From: a virus
Lineage: Duplodnaviria > Caudoviricetes
Strand: one strand, 5' to 3'
Length of the DNA: 27,162 bases
IMG/VR virus record: IMGVR_UViG_3300036815_000032
Span: 1 to 27,162 of that record
Shown: piece after piece, positions 1 to 8,603 of the stretch
Layout: each line of letters opens with the position of its first letter
Position numbering within the stretch: the stretch's first letter is position 1
Translations under genes and position numbers: made by a program
The notes under the pieces: model-generated
Told to the model about the DNA's origin: nothing
Databases searched by the model: none
Seen by the model: only the letters and a program-made list of their open reading frames with translations

Positions 1-125
1 AGCGCCCGGTGTACCTCTATGACATCGTAGCCGAACGCACCGAAGACGAGCGTGTCATGGAGATACACGCCGGTAACACTGACGTTCTAACTTCACTGCT
101 GAATGCGATGAAGAGGCGGAAATAG
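1..125 (+). CDS. C-terminal end of an SNF2/DEAD-like phage helicase (partial, starts outside window)
   Basis: Frame from nt 3 reads RPVYLYDIVAERTEDERVMEIHAGNTDVLTSLLNAMKRRK*, with TAG at 123-125. It resembles the RPVxxxxIxAxxTxDExV...LLxAMK tail I recall from phage SNF2-like helicases. Confidence 0.7.
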   Translation, partial: RPVYLYDIVAERTEDERVMEIHAGNTDVLTSLLNAMKRRK

Positions 126-185
126 GAGGACTCCTAACTTATATTGACTGTCAAAGATTCGCTACCCAGTCGTCTTAGCCCCCGT

Positions 186-415
186 GCGTCTCTCCCCCGG
201 AGCTGCCTCGTGGAGACGTTGTTAGGTCGTCTCAAGCGTGGCGAGCGGTCCGAACGCCTTTATCCTGCCGGCCCAACCTTCGGGCCTCCGCGAGGGGGCT
301 GTGCCTCAGGCGAATGGGCTTTGATTCAGGGTAACCGGGCTATCGACAGGCGAGGGCGCCCCGCTTGGAGTTCGGGCAAACCCAGTAGTCGCGCCAGTAA
401 CCGGGGGAGAGACGC
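186..415 (+). ncRNA. Candidate structured non-coding RNA (or MITE-like element) between convergent helicase and endolysin genes
   Basis: GCGTCTCTCCCCCGG (186-200) is the exact reverse complement of CCGGGGGAGAGACGC (401-415). Internal hairpins include GAGACG/CGTCTC, GCCTCC-GCGA-GGGGGC, CC-TTCG-GG and GG-GTAA-CC. G.U pairs and tetraloops favour the + strand. Confidence 0.55.
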
Positions 416-425
416 CGTTGGTCCT

Positions 426-863
426 TTATACCTCAAGGAATAGGGTTCGCTCAGCCTTGCGACGGTTGAGCAGCCCTTCCACCACTTTGCCGTCCTGATG
501 ATCCCACTTCAGGAACTCATCCGCCGCCGCGTCCCAATGGTACTGGTTAACGTGGCTGATCAGCGTAGAGTGCGCCTCGCCGGTGATCCCCACATTGAAC
601 GTAAAGCTCACCAGGGCGTCAAACTGATTCTGCAGCACCGCCACGTCGAGCGAGCGGATGACGCCGAGCACAGCCCAATGGGTGTCGGTAAGGAACCATC
701 GCTCCGCCTCCTCCTCGGTACACGTCAGCCCCTCAACGACTTCCGGCCCAGTGTGCCCCCATCCAATGGTCCACTTGTCTTTGGGTGTTGGTTTATAGGC
801 AACGAGGCGCAGCTTCTCAAAACTCTTGATCAACGCCTCGCCCTTGGCTCCTAGGCGCATCAT
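426..863 (-). CDS. Endolysin, GH24 phage lysozyme
   Basis: Motifs LIKSFEKLRLVAY, WTIGWGHT, QNQFDALVSFTFNVG, AADEFLKW and GLLNRRKAERTLFL are typical of GH24. ATGA overlap with the upstream gene. Confidence 0.95.
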   Translation of the reverse strand: MMRLGAKGEALIKSFEKLRLVAYKPTPKDKWTIGWGHTGPEVVEGLTCTEEEAERWFLTDTHWAVLGVIRSLDVAVLQNQFDALVSFTFNVGITGEAHSTLISHVNQYHWDAAADEFLKWDHQDGKVVEGLLNRRKAERTLFLEV

Positions 864-1045
864 TTCTTGTGCAGGGCGCCCTTAATGCCGGCGTAGATCG
901 CAAGCGCCAGCGCAATCCATTGCATATAAGGGATCGACCAATGAACAAAACCAGCCATGCAACTCCCTACGCTCGTGCAAGCCCAAATGCGCGGCGCTGC
1001 GACCCCGATTCGATCCGATAACAGATCAACTAGTTGGTCGATCAT
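860..1045 (-). CDS. Small membrane protein, putative holin/antiholin
   Basis: 61 aa with hydrophobic segments (WIALALAIYAGIKGAL) and a basic C-terminus. Coupled by ATGA overlaps to both neighbours in the lysis block. Confidence 0.6.
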   Translation of the reverse strand: MIDQLVDLLSDRIGVAAPRIWACTSVGSCMAGFVHWSIPYMQWIALALAIYAGIKGALHKK

Positions 1046-1425
1046 TTGACACCGTTGATCTGGCCAGTAACGTGAAGTGCTCCAAGCCCGAGCATGCCCA
1101 TCGTCAGTGCAGACAAGGGGCCGATGTCGAGAGCGGGCAGCGAGCCATGCCTTCCGAGCAACACCACCACATCATTGACGAGCGGTTGGAATATGAAGTT
1201 GTGGAAGTACCCCATAACGCACACCCAACCCATGCCGCCCCGCCAGTGCTGCAACGGGTCGTTCGACTGCGCCTCCGCTTGGTCGATTGAGAGCTGGCCT
1301 TGCAGGGCGCTCATGGCGCCCGCGATCTGCGCCTTCTCGACCTCGGTTTTATCGGGGAAGAACTTCCCAATGATGCTGTCAATAGCTGACAGGCCCTGCC
1401 CGATACCGCTGATATCAACACCCAT
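1042..1425 (-). CDS. Holin-like protein (3TM / GTA-holin-like family)
   Basis: N-terminal IIGKFFPDK helix, WRGGMGWVC motif and C-terminal LTMGMLGLGA segment, as I recall for the 3TM holin family. Located in the lysis block. Confidence 0.75.
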   Translation of the reverse strand: MGVDISGIGQGLSAIDSIIGKFFPDKTEVEKAQIAGAMSALQGQLSIDQAEAQSNDPLQHWRGGMGWVCVMGYFHNFIFQPLVNDVVVLLGRHGSLPALDIGPLSALTMGMLGLGALHVTGQINGVK

Positions 1426-1434
1426 GTTGCACCC

Positions 1435-1755
1435 TTACGGATTGGTGATTGCAGAGACAAGGTAAGAGCCGTCCCCCGGCACACGGAACGGGAGCGGGGT
1501 ATTCCCCGGCAAGCGGAAATTCGCCACTGTTGGAGCCTGCGCACCGGCCGCCGCTTGAACGAGGATCGAGCACCCCGCATCGGCCGAGAGCAACACCCAC
1601 TCCGTCCCTTTCTGAAAGGGCGCAGAGTTGGCAGCCCCGGCCGTGAAATCAACGACCTGATCCGCCGGACTGTTATCGGCCGGAAACGCGAGCACGGAGT
1701 CACTCTGCCGCGTAGCGGCCAGTCCCTTGAATTCTTTAACGTACAATTTGGTCAT
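1435..1755 (-). CDS. Hypothetical phage protein, probably a small virion beta-sandwich protein
   Basis: 106-aa ORF with AAGGTG SD-like sequence. The pattern KLYVKEF...SAPF...DAGCS...RLPGN resembles a small phage protein type I recall. Confidence 0.6.
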   Translation of the reverse strand: MTKLYVKEFKGLAATRQSDSVLAFPADNSPADQVVDFTAGAANSAPFQKGTEWVLLSADAGCSILVQAAAGAQAPTVANFRLPGNTPLPFRVPGDGSYLVSAITNP

Positions 1756-1779
1756 GGTGCACCTTAGGAGATGTTGCGG

Positions 1780-1814
1780 AATTTATGTGGTGTTGCGAGG
1801 TCCGTCTACTTTCC
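1780..1814 (-). promoter_or_regulatory. Putative promoter for the lysis block (AAAGTAGAC class)
   Basis: Minus strand reads GGAAAG-TAGACG (1808-1803), 17-nt spacer, TAAATT (1785-1780), in the intergenic gap. Confidence 0.6.
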
Positions 1815-2063
1815 TCAGCCGCCGTCGATTGGGGAGCCGACAGGGCCGCCGCCGCCACCACCCCCACCAGTCCCCGGCAGCGGCATGATCGGGATCATAT
1901 GGGCGGGGCTTGGAGTCACTCCGTTCAGACTCGGGTTATACCGAGGTAGGGGGACTGACAGGTTCTTTGTGGGGCCGGGAAACGGACCGACGTTTGGCGT
2001 GCCCGCAATCGTTACCCCGGACGCCATCGGCCCTTTGAGGTTTGCAACTGGGAAGAAGGCCAC
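1815..2063 (-). CDS. Small Pro/Gly-rich hypothetical protein
   Basis: GTG start 3 nt after the upstream TAG; fills the gap in the operon; has a poly-Gly tract. Confidence 0.5.
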   Translation of the reverse strand: MAFFPVANLKGPMASGVTIAGTPNVGPFPGPTKNLSVPLPRYNPSLNGVTPSPAHMIPIMPLPGTGGGGGGGGPVGSPIDGG

Positions 2064-2066
2064 GGT

Positions 2067-3017
2067 CTACTCCCAAGGCAGCAGTAGAGTGTAGCTGGTG
2101 GCGGCTCCGCCGTTCGCCAGATACCCAGAGCCGGTATTGTTGCTCGTGAAGTTGTTAGATCCGAACGGAGAGCCCGCCGAGATGTAGGTGTGCGCCGTAG
2201 ACCCGACCATCGCTAGCGACGTCGTGGAGCCCACCGCTACCTCGCCGCAAATCCCGATGCCGTACCAATTGCTAATCCCCCAAACAGGCGTGTACTGAAA
2301 ACACGGCCCAACCTGAGTGTTGCCACCGAAGAGCGAGCTAGTGACATTGAACGGAACTACTCCCCAGGCGTTATTCGGTGCGAACGCAAGGCTCGACAGA
2401 TAACTTATGGACTGCAGGTAACTTGGGCTAGAAACGGCGCCGGTAGTGCCGTTTGCGTTGGTCATCAGCAGAGCGGCGTCCCCGGTCGCCACGCCGGAGC
2501 TGTTGTTTGACCGGGCCACCATGAAGCCGCCCATAGTCTCGTTCGTAACGCCATTTCCGTTGAGCTTCCAACTGAGCCACAGGACGCCGTCCGTAGTGTT
2601 GTAGCAGCCACGGGTGACATAGGGGGTGGTGGTGCTTGAGGGCGTAGCGTTATTAGTTAGGGCGACATTGGCCGTCGTAACCCCTGTAAGGGTTCCGGAC
2701 CCGTTAGAACCTGTTCCGAGTTGTATCTGCATCGCGGGCGTTGTAGCGCTGCCCAACGTGCCGAATTGCAGTTTAAAGAATATCGGCGAGGTGCTTTGCA
2801 ACGAATCGTTGAAAGACCCGATAACATAGCCGGCCATGGTGGTAACACCCGGTCGCGTCACGGTCGCCGGATTGATCTGCCCGGTATCCGCTGTCTGTGT
2901 GACGCCGAGTTGATTTGCTCCAGTGCCGAAAAGCATCGTAACTACTTCAGCCACCCAAGCTTGGAAACCGGCGTTGCTGGTGTGATCGATGACCGTGCTA
3001 GTTGCTGCGGTTGTCAT
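2067..3017 (-). CDS. Putative tail fibre / receptor-binding virion protein
   Basis: 316 aa, Thr/Gly/Ser/Asn-rich with very few charged residues. ATGA overlap with the upstream fibre-like gene. Confidence 0.6.
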   Translation of the reverse strand: MTTAATSTVIDHTSNAGFQAWVAEVVTMLFGTGANQLGVTQTADTGQINPATVTRPGVTTMAGYVIGSFNDSLQSTSPIFFKLQFGTLGSATTPAMQIQLGTGSNGSGTLTGVTTANVALTNNATPSSTTTPYVTRGCYNTTDGVLWLSWKLNGNGVTNETMGGFMVARSNNSSGVATGDAALLMTNANGTTGAVSSPSYLQSISYLSSLAFAPNNAWGVVPFNVTSSLFGGNTQVGPCFQYTPVWGISNWYGIGICGEVAVGSTTSLAMVGSTAHTYISAGSPFGSNNFTSNNTGSGYLANGGAATSYTLLLPWE

Positions 3018-3655
3018 TGCTGGACCTCTAAAACAATCTGAACCTGCGTGAAGGTCGATACCGACTGAAGAAAGAACGCCAACACATCGCCCGCGTTAAT
3101 ATTCTTCGTCCAGCCCGTGAGCGTTGAGTCAACGTACTTGACGCCGCTCGAAATAGTCGGTTTCGCCGATGCCGTGATGCTGTTGCCCGATGTAGGAGGG
3201 AATGCGCTGAAAGGAGCCTTCCATACGTCCACGACGCAGCTCCCCGGACCCCCGGACGTGACGATTTGTACTTGCTGAATCACCGCAGCCAATGGACACT
3301 GCACGTACACGATATTGGCGCCAGAGGTTAGGGCCACGGTGCTGACCCAATTGGCGCCTTTGTTGACGACGCGCGGGGGTAGGTTCAGTCCGAGCGCGAC
3401 ACTGCCTATCAGCGGGCCGCCGCCTGTGAGTCCAGCTCCCACAACGAGGACGGCCGGCGTGCCGCCACTGCCAGACCCGCCGCCGATCGTGTTGGGCGTT
3501 GTCGTGATGCCGAGCGCAGCCTTCAGTTGCGCCAGTGAGATAGACTGGTTCGCAAACTCCTGAATGGTCGTCCCAAGGTTGGTGCTCTGCGTAGCACCAA
3601 CGATGACGGACTTTCGCAGCCCGCCGACGACCGGAAGTTGTACCCGCTTCGTCAT
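3014..3655 (-). CDS. Putative tail fibre / tail accessory protein
   Basis: Gly-rich hinge, VGAGLTGGG fibre motif, and a C-terminal domain GSCVVDVWK...PPT..SITASAKPTISS...DSTLTGWT..I.AGD that I recall from phage fibre proteins. Confidence 0.65.
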   Translation of the reverse strand: MTKRVQLPVVGGLRKSVIVGATQSTNLGTTIQEFANQSISLAQLKAALGITTTPNTIGGGSGSGGTPAVLVVGAGLTGGGPLIGSVALGLNLPPRVVNKGANWVSTVALTSGANIVYVQCPLAAVIQQVQIVTSGGPGSCVVDVWKAPFSAFPPTSGNSITASAKPTISSGVKYVDSTLTGWTKNINAGDVLAFFLQSVSTFTQVQIVLEVQQ

Positions 3656-6567
3656 TGCGGAGTGGGCTCCAGCTCATCGGCAAGAGTCTTGCGAGCCTTG
3701 AAGCGATTCAGGACAGACTGCGCCTGCCGCGCGGACATTCCGCCACTATCAACCAACTTGCCAGTGTCCGCGTCAATAAAGACGTGGCCCTTCTTTGGGG
3801 CGAGGTCAATTTGATCCACCCCACGGGAGACCGTGTTTGCGTTGTCCCCGTTCGTTTCGATCAGGTTTCGCGATCCGCGACTGATGCTTTCATCACTCGC
3901 AGCGCCGGCCGCGCCCGGAAACGAGAAATTGCTAGCGCGAGGCGTCGGACCTCCAAGCGACTTCCGGTCGTTGAACCAGCTATCCATCAAGTCCCCGAGG
4001 ATGGCTTCGCGGTTCATCTGACCCGCTCCCCCGCCGCCCGAGGGCCGCTTCGGCGGAGTGTTGGGATCGAACGGCTCCGGCTCCTCCGGCTCAGGACCTT
4101 TTCCAGTCCATCGGGGTTTGCCGGTTGGCCGGGGTCCCTCGTACGGGAACTTTGGCGCTCCGCGAATGCCGTAGCGCGAGACGTTCACATCCTCCAGGCC
4201 GGGGCGGTCGCCTTGCGCAACTTCACCAGCCCGGCTCGTCTCGGCGCGTTGGAGGTCGCCCCCCGGAACTCCTGGGCCAAACTCCGGGTTTTGGCCGGCA
4301 ATGGGACCTAGGTTAACGTCCATGTTTGGGCCGTGGAAAAGGTCTCCAATCGGCGTGGCGCTTACGCGACCTTCCGAGCCTGTGGCTGCATTGACATCGC
4401 CAAAGCGGCCAACGGTGCCACGTGACGGCGCAAGGGGTGGTTCCGCGCCACCCGCATGTCGATCGCCAAGCGTGATTCCAGACGCGCGCCCTTCCACCGG
4501 GGACGTTTCTGTTTGCGCCCCCGGATTGTTGCCGCGCTCGATATAGACTTGGCTGCCATAGTCATCGGTGACCCGCCGCAGTTGCGGCGAGCCGCCTTGT
4601 ACCGGGCGCGCGCCAACAGCGTCGGGTGATCCCCGGAAGGTAAGCCCCTCCTGCGGCGGCGCCCCCATAGGACCGGCGGATACGCTCTCTGGCGGCCCTT
4701 GCTCCACCCCATGGCTGAGCACGTCGGCAAGTGGCACGTCGCCTTGGCCGCCCTGTGGGTTCGGCGCATTGGGGTTTGCACCTTCCCCTGTACTCCAGTG
4801 CGGACCAGAGTCGCGATTCCAGCCGGGCGGGGGTGATTGATCACCGCCAAAGAAATTCCCGAGACGAGGGTTGGTAGCAGCGCCGGCAGCGGTCTCTCCC
4901 GCAGTCTCGGGGCTACCGCCTAACCAGCGGCGCAGGGCGCTCTGAAATGCCTCGGAGGTGAGCAGCCCGGCAGCACCGCCGATTGCGGCGCCCGTAGGGC
5001 CGCCTCCTAGCATAAGCGCGGTGCCGGCGCCGATCGCCGGGCCGGTGACGTGGCGGGCTACGATCCCCGGTACGGTGCCGGAGGCTCCAATGCCGTCCGG
5101 TGCAAGCGTTCGCGGCCCGAAGCCGGTGGACAGCGGAAAGCGGCTATGCTGCTCAGCGATGAGCTGCAGGCCCCCGGTCATCTGCCCCGGATTGCTCTGG
5201 TGCATCCGCGCGATTTTCGCAGCATCAACACTTGTTCCATTCAGTGCCGCCCGCACCGCGTAGTTTTTGGCAAAGCGCGTACGGGCATCGCGGAAGTCAT
5301 CAACGGTGACTCCAGCATCGGGGACCTTACCAAGCTCCTGCTCCGCGAAATCCTCATAGGCGTTTGCGGCGTGCATGTATGCGTCGCCGATCTCCGCCGC
5401 ATCCGGGTCCTTGTCGGAAGCTGCGTAGTACCGCGTTGCCTTGGCGCGCATCGCTTGGATGTTCTGGAACAGCCCCTCTCGGGTGATCGTGGGAGCCGCT
5501 GTTACACTCGTTCGAAGCGCACCAACTTTGTCAGACTGCGGGACTTCACTCGTTGTGTCTTCAAGGCCGTTCAGCCGGGAGAGAAGTTCCTCGCTTTTGG
5601 TCATTACGGGGGGCAGTGCGGCCTGCACGGCGTTGTAGACTTTGCCAGGGCCGTTAGTCGCAGCCGCCTCCGCATTCGCCGTGTTGAGTTCCTGCCCCGG
5701 TAGGATCTCCGCCTCATTGCGTGCCAGCTCATCCGTTGCGGCCTGATCCGTCAGCGTCTGTTTCTGAGCAAGGGACCCCTCCCCCACGATTGAAGCACCA
5801 ACACGTTGCGGGAGAGTGCTGTTAGGATTCTGGCGCGGAAGCTGCCGATAGCCCGCCTCCTGAAGTGCCCCGGTCACATCGGTGGCGTCAATTGGCCTTG
5901 GCTCAGGGGGAGGAGTCCTTCCCCGAGCAGCTTCAACAGCAGAGGCTACCGGCGCCTCCCCGCTTTCCGCAGCCACACGGGCGCCTGTAGCAGCAGCCGG
6001 CGCGCGAAGTCCTAGAACCGAAGCGATGTCGGGGGCTGCTTCTTCAGTTGCTTCCACTCCAGTCCGTAAGGCCGGCGGTAGGTCTCCAACCGCGCGATCA
6101 ACAGGCGCAGCAACCTTATTAACAACATTGCCAACTGCGTCCATGCCCTGCACAAGCGGATCGTTTGACGGTGGCAGCTCGGTGGTAGCGTTTACCGCGT
6201 CTTGTACCCCGTGCACGGTGTCAGGATTGCCGCGCCCGAATAGGCCAAAGATACCGCTTGCGGCCTTGCCGGCAAGCCGCACGGCGCCCTGGCCGAAGCG
6301 CTCAGCCATACCGACGCCCGGCAAGTCGCTGAGCGCTCGGGTAGTCTCGCCCACCCCAAAATCATGGACGATGTAAGGCGCCCCGTTGGTTTTGATAACG
6401 TGGAACCCATCCGGGGGCGGCTTGTCCGCCGGCCACGGGTCGTAGTTCTTCGGGGCTGGCGAAGCATGCGGAGCGTCCAGTTCGAAACCGGGCGGTAACC
6501 CGCCCTTGCCGGGCGCCGGCTGATCCAACTCGAAGCCGGGCGGGAGTGCTGCTACTGCGGTTGCCAT
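3652..6567 (-). CDS. Large internal virion / DNA-ejection protein (971 aa)
   Basis: Duplicated N-terminal LPPGFELD motif, Ala/Gly-rich, a Gly-zipper hydrophobic segment (GPAIGAGTALMLGGGPTGAAIGGAAGLL). Last and largest gene of the post-nozzle cluster. Confidence 0.7.
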   Translation of the reverse strand: MATAVAALPPGFELDQPAPGKGGLPPGFELDAPHASPAPKNYDPWPADKPPPDGFHVIKTNGAPYIVHDFGVGETTRALSDLPGVGMAERFGQGAVRLAGKAASGIFGLFGRGNPDTVHGVQDAVNATTELPPSNDPLVQGMDAVGNVVNKVAAPVDRAVGDLPPALRTGVEATEEAAPDIASVLGLRAPAAATGARVAAESGEAPVASAVEAARGRTPPPEPRPIDATDVTGALQEAGYRQLPRQNPNSTLPQRVGASIVGEGSLAQKQTLTDQAATDELARNEAEILPGQELNTANAEAAATNGPGKVYNAVQAALPPVMTKSEELLSRLNGLEDTTSEVPQSDKVGALRTSVTAAPTITREGLFQNIQAMRAKATRYYAASDKDPDAAEIGDAYMHAANAYEDFAEQELGKVPDAGVTVDDFRDARTRFAKNYAVRAALNGTSVDAAKIARMHQSNPGQMTGGLQLIAEQHSRFPLSTGFGPRTLAPDGIGASGTVPGIVARHVTGPAIGAGTALMLGGGPTGAAIGGAAGLLTSEAFQSALRRWLGGSPETAGETAAGAATNPRLGNFFGGDQSPPPGWNRDSGPHWSTGEGANPNAPNPQGGQGDVPLADVLSHGVEQGPPESVSAGPMGAPPQEGLTFRGSPDAVGARPVQGGSPQLRRVTDDYGSQVYIERGNNPGAQTETSPVEGRASGITLGDRHAGGAEPPLAPSRGTVGRFGDVNAATGSEGRVSATPIGDLFHGPNMDVNLGPIAGQNPEFGPGVPGGDLQRAETSRAGEVAQGDRPGLEDVNVSRYGIRGAPKFPYEGPRPTGKPRWTGKGPEPEEPEPFDPNTPPKRPSGGGGAGQMNREAILGDLMDSWFNDRKSLGGPTPRASNFSFPGAAGAASDESISRGSRNLIETNGDNANTVSRGVDQIDLAPKKGHVFIDADTGKLVDSGGMSARQAQSVLNRFKARKTLADELEPTPQ

Positions 6568-7850
6568 TGTCCACCACGGAAAATTAGCTTCTGACCAGTT
6601 GCCTTGTTGGTCGCCGTCTGGCCCTCGGTGAAGGCGCCAGAGGCGGATGCTGATGGCGGACCAGCGCCGCCAGCAGGGGGCGGAGTGGTTCCTGTGGGAA
6701 CCGCAGGTTTCGGTGTTTGGTCACCAACCCCCGGCTCGCCGATGTGCGCTGCACGGCGCTGCCCTTCCATAAGCGGCCCAACGGCCGACATCTGCCCTCT
6801 AAGCCACGCGTCCAACCCTGCCGGCGATAGGGTCGGATGCCATGCCTCATTCTCAGCTTCGATGGCCTTGTCGGACATTCCGACACCACGCATTACGTTG
6901 GCGAGCTTCAGTAGGACATCGTTTCGAGCGCTCATGTACTCGGTGAGATCGGGGTCGTTGCTCTGGCCCCTCAACCACTTTTCCCCCAAGCCAGCGATCT
7001 CTGCGTCGCTGTAGTTGAGTTTTTTGCCCAGGGCTACGGTGTGGCTCATGAGCCCTGGCAGCGCGTCCACAACCATCGCCCGTTGCTGGAAAGTTGCATT
7101 CCGGCTCAACGCCGCGTCCGCCGCCGCACGGTTGAAGTTATACGTTGGGTTATTCATAGCCAGACTTGCGATGATGTTCGCATTCCGGCTGTTGATATCC
7201 CTGAAGTTGAGGCGCCCTTCATCCACCGCGCGTTGAATAGCAGCCTGTTGTTCCGGCGGCAGATTCGCCACGCCCGCCTGATGTGGGTTGAAGCCACCCA
7301 CATCCGCCTGTGCTTGGTGGAGATTGGCGCTCGCCTGCTTCTCGTTCGCCGTTGCCGTGCTGACAGGCGTTTGATACACCTGTGGCGTAGCGGTCTGAGA
7401 GTTAGGCGCGAAGCGCGGAATGAGCTGCCCCTCCGCCGCCTGGAAGGGTTGAGCGCCGGGGCTTAACCCCTGATCCGCTGCAAGACGAGCGTTCGGGTCC
7501 GCATTCGGATCAGTGACCGTAGCAAATGCTCGATTCTTTTGGGCCTGATCGATCATGCCCATAGCCGTTTTGGCGTCGCCAAAACCTGCAATCATTGCAT
7601 CGGTAGCCGCTACGGAGTTGGTCCGCGCATGGGGGTCGCCTTGCTGGTCCAACATCTGATACAGGCTATCGCCGAGGCGGCTGCGCGCCGCTATCTGGTC
7701 GCGCGTCTCCTGTGCCTTGGCAAGCGCTTCCTCGGTCTGCGACGAGCGCAGACCAGCCAGGGCTTGCCCCTGCATTACTGCGGATTCAAGCCCGATGCGG
7801 TCCACCGGCCGTCCAGCCGCCCCCGCCAGAAGATCCCCTAGTTGTGCCAT
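6552..7850 (-). CDS. Internal virion / DNA-ejection protein
   Basis: Likely start is ATG 7850 (MAQLGDLL; TAA-c-ATG coupling), not 7934. Ala/Gln-rich. The C-terminal EGQTATNKATGQKLIFRGGQW motif resembles tails of podophage injected proteins. Confidence 0.7.
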   Translation of the reverse strand: MAQLGDLLAGAAGRPVDRIGLESAVMQGQALAGLRSSQTEEALAKAQETRDQIAARSRLGDSLYQMLDQQGDPHARTNSVAATDAMIAGFGDAKTAMGMIDQAQKNRAFATVTDPNADPNARLAADQGLSPGAQPFQAAEGQLIPRFAPNSQTATPQVYQTPVSTATANEKQASANLHQAQADVGGFNPHQAGVANLPPEQQAAIQRAVDEGRLNFRDINSRNANIIASLAMNNPTYNFNRAAADAALSRNATFQQRAMVVDALPGLMSHTVALGKKLNYSDAEIAGLGEKWLRGQSNDPDLTEYMSARNDVLLKLANVMRGVGMSDKAIEAENEAWHPTLSPAGLDAWLRGQMSAVGPLMEGQRRAAHIGEPGVGDQTPKPAVPTGTTPPPAGGAGPPSASASGAFTEGQTATNKATGQKLIFRGGQWQPQ

Positions 7851-7851
7851 G

Positions 7852-8601
7852 TTATGCCACCGGAGCTGTGGGGACGCCGTAGCCGCTGTTGCCAGCGTCA
7901 ATGGGGGCACCCCAATAGTTGTAACCGCCTGCATTCGGCATGAGCCACGGGTTCACGGGCGTCTTCCCCGCGCCTGGGTTCATTGCGTACGCATTCGCAC
8001 CGTTCTTCAGCAGGTTCGACATCAACGACACCCACGGATTCGCTTGGCCCTGCGTTGCCGCGCGGAGCTGATCAACGAAGTTAGTTGAGTAGCTCTGTGC
8101 ACCCAACGTGTTGAACGCAGTCCCAAGGGTCTGCATTCCGAGCCCTTCGTTCTGCCGCTGACGAGTCGCCGCGTCGAGCTGCCCCATTTCCTTCGCGTAG
8201 TTATCGCCGTACTGCTGCACTTGCTGTTGCGAGCCCGCCGTAGCAGCCTTGTACTGAGAGCTGCCAGCGGTTGCGGGTGCCAGAGACGACGTTGACTGCC
8301 CGAACGTCTGGTCCCCGCCCGTGGTCGAGCCGCCCTGCGTAGAGCCGGCGGCGTTCTGACGCAATTGAGAGACATAATCGCCCGTCGCCTTGTTCGCAAT
8401 CTGCGTCGGCGTGTCGCGCGCAATCTGCTGCGTCAACTGGCTTGTTTGATTGCGCGCCTGATCCTCCAACTTCTGTTGGTCTTGGAGGGCGGAAATCTGC
8501 GCGTCGTTCTGGCGCGTGCTCGCGTTCTTTTGGTTCACATACTCAGCGCCACTCCCGAGCAGAGAGACGGCCGCCGGTATCCAAAATTCTTCTGTACCCA
8601 T
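7852..8601 (-). CDS. Internal virion / ejection protein
   Basis: 249 aa. Hydrophobic N-terminus (MGTEEFWIPAAVSLLGSGA) followed by a Gln/Ala-rich helical region; synteny. Confidence 0.65.
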   Translation of the reverse strand: MGTEEFWIPAAVSLLGSGAEYVNQKNASTRQNDAQISALQDQQKLEDQARNQTSQLTQQIARDTPTQIANKATGDYVSQLRQNAAGSTQGGSTTGGDQTFGQSTSSLAPATAGSSQYKAATAGSQQQVQQYGDNYAKEMGQLDAATRQRQNEGLGMQTLGTAFNTLGAQSYSTNFVDQLRAATQGQANPWVSLMSNLLKNGANAYAMNPGAGKTPVNPWLMPNAGGYNYWGAPIDAGNSGYGVPTAPVA

Positions 8602-8603
8602 GC

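Noticed and set aside
309-315. Complementarity between GCGA-containing segments of the candidate RNA and the UCGC loops of the MCP leader
   Set aside because: Only 5-6 nt, expected by chance in GC-rich sequence.
186-415. Retron msr-msd or DGR template interpretation
   Set aside because: No reverse transcriptase in the window, and I saw no second adenine-variant copy of any fibre 3' end.
144-443. 99-aa + strand ORF over the structured element
   Set aside because: TTG start, Arg/Pro/Ser-rich non-protein-like composition, and it runs into the endolysin 3' end. The nucleotide-level symmetry explains the region better.
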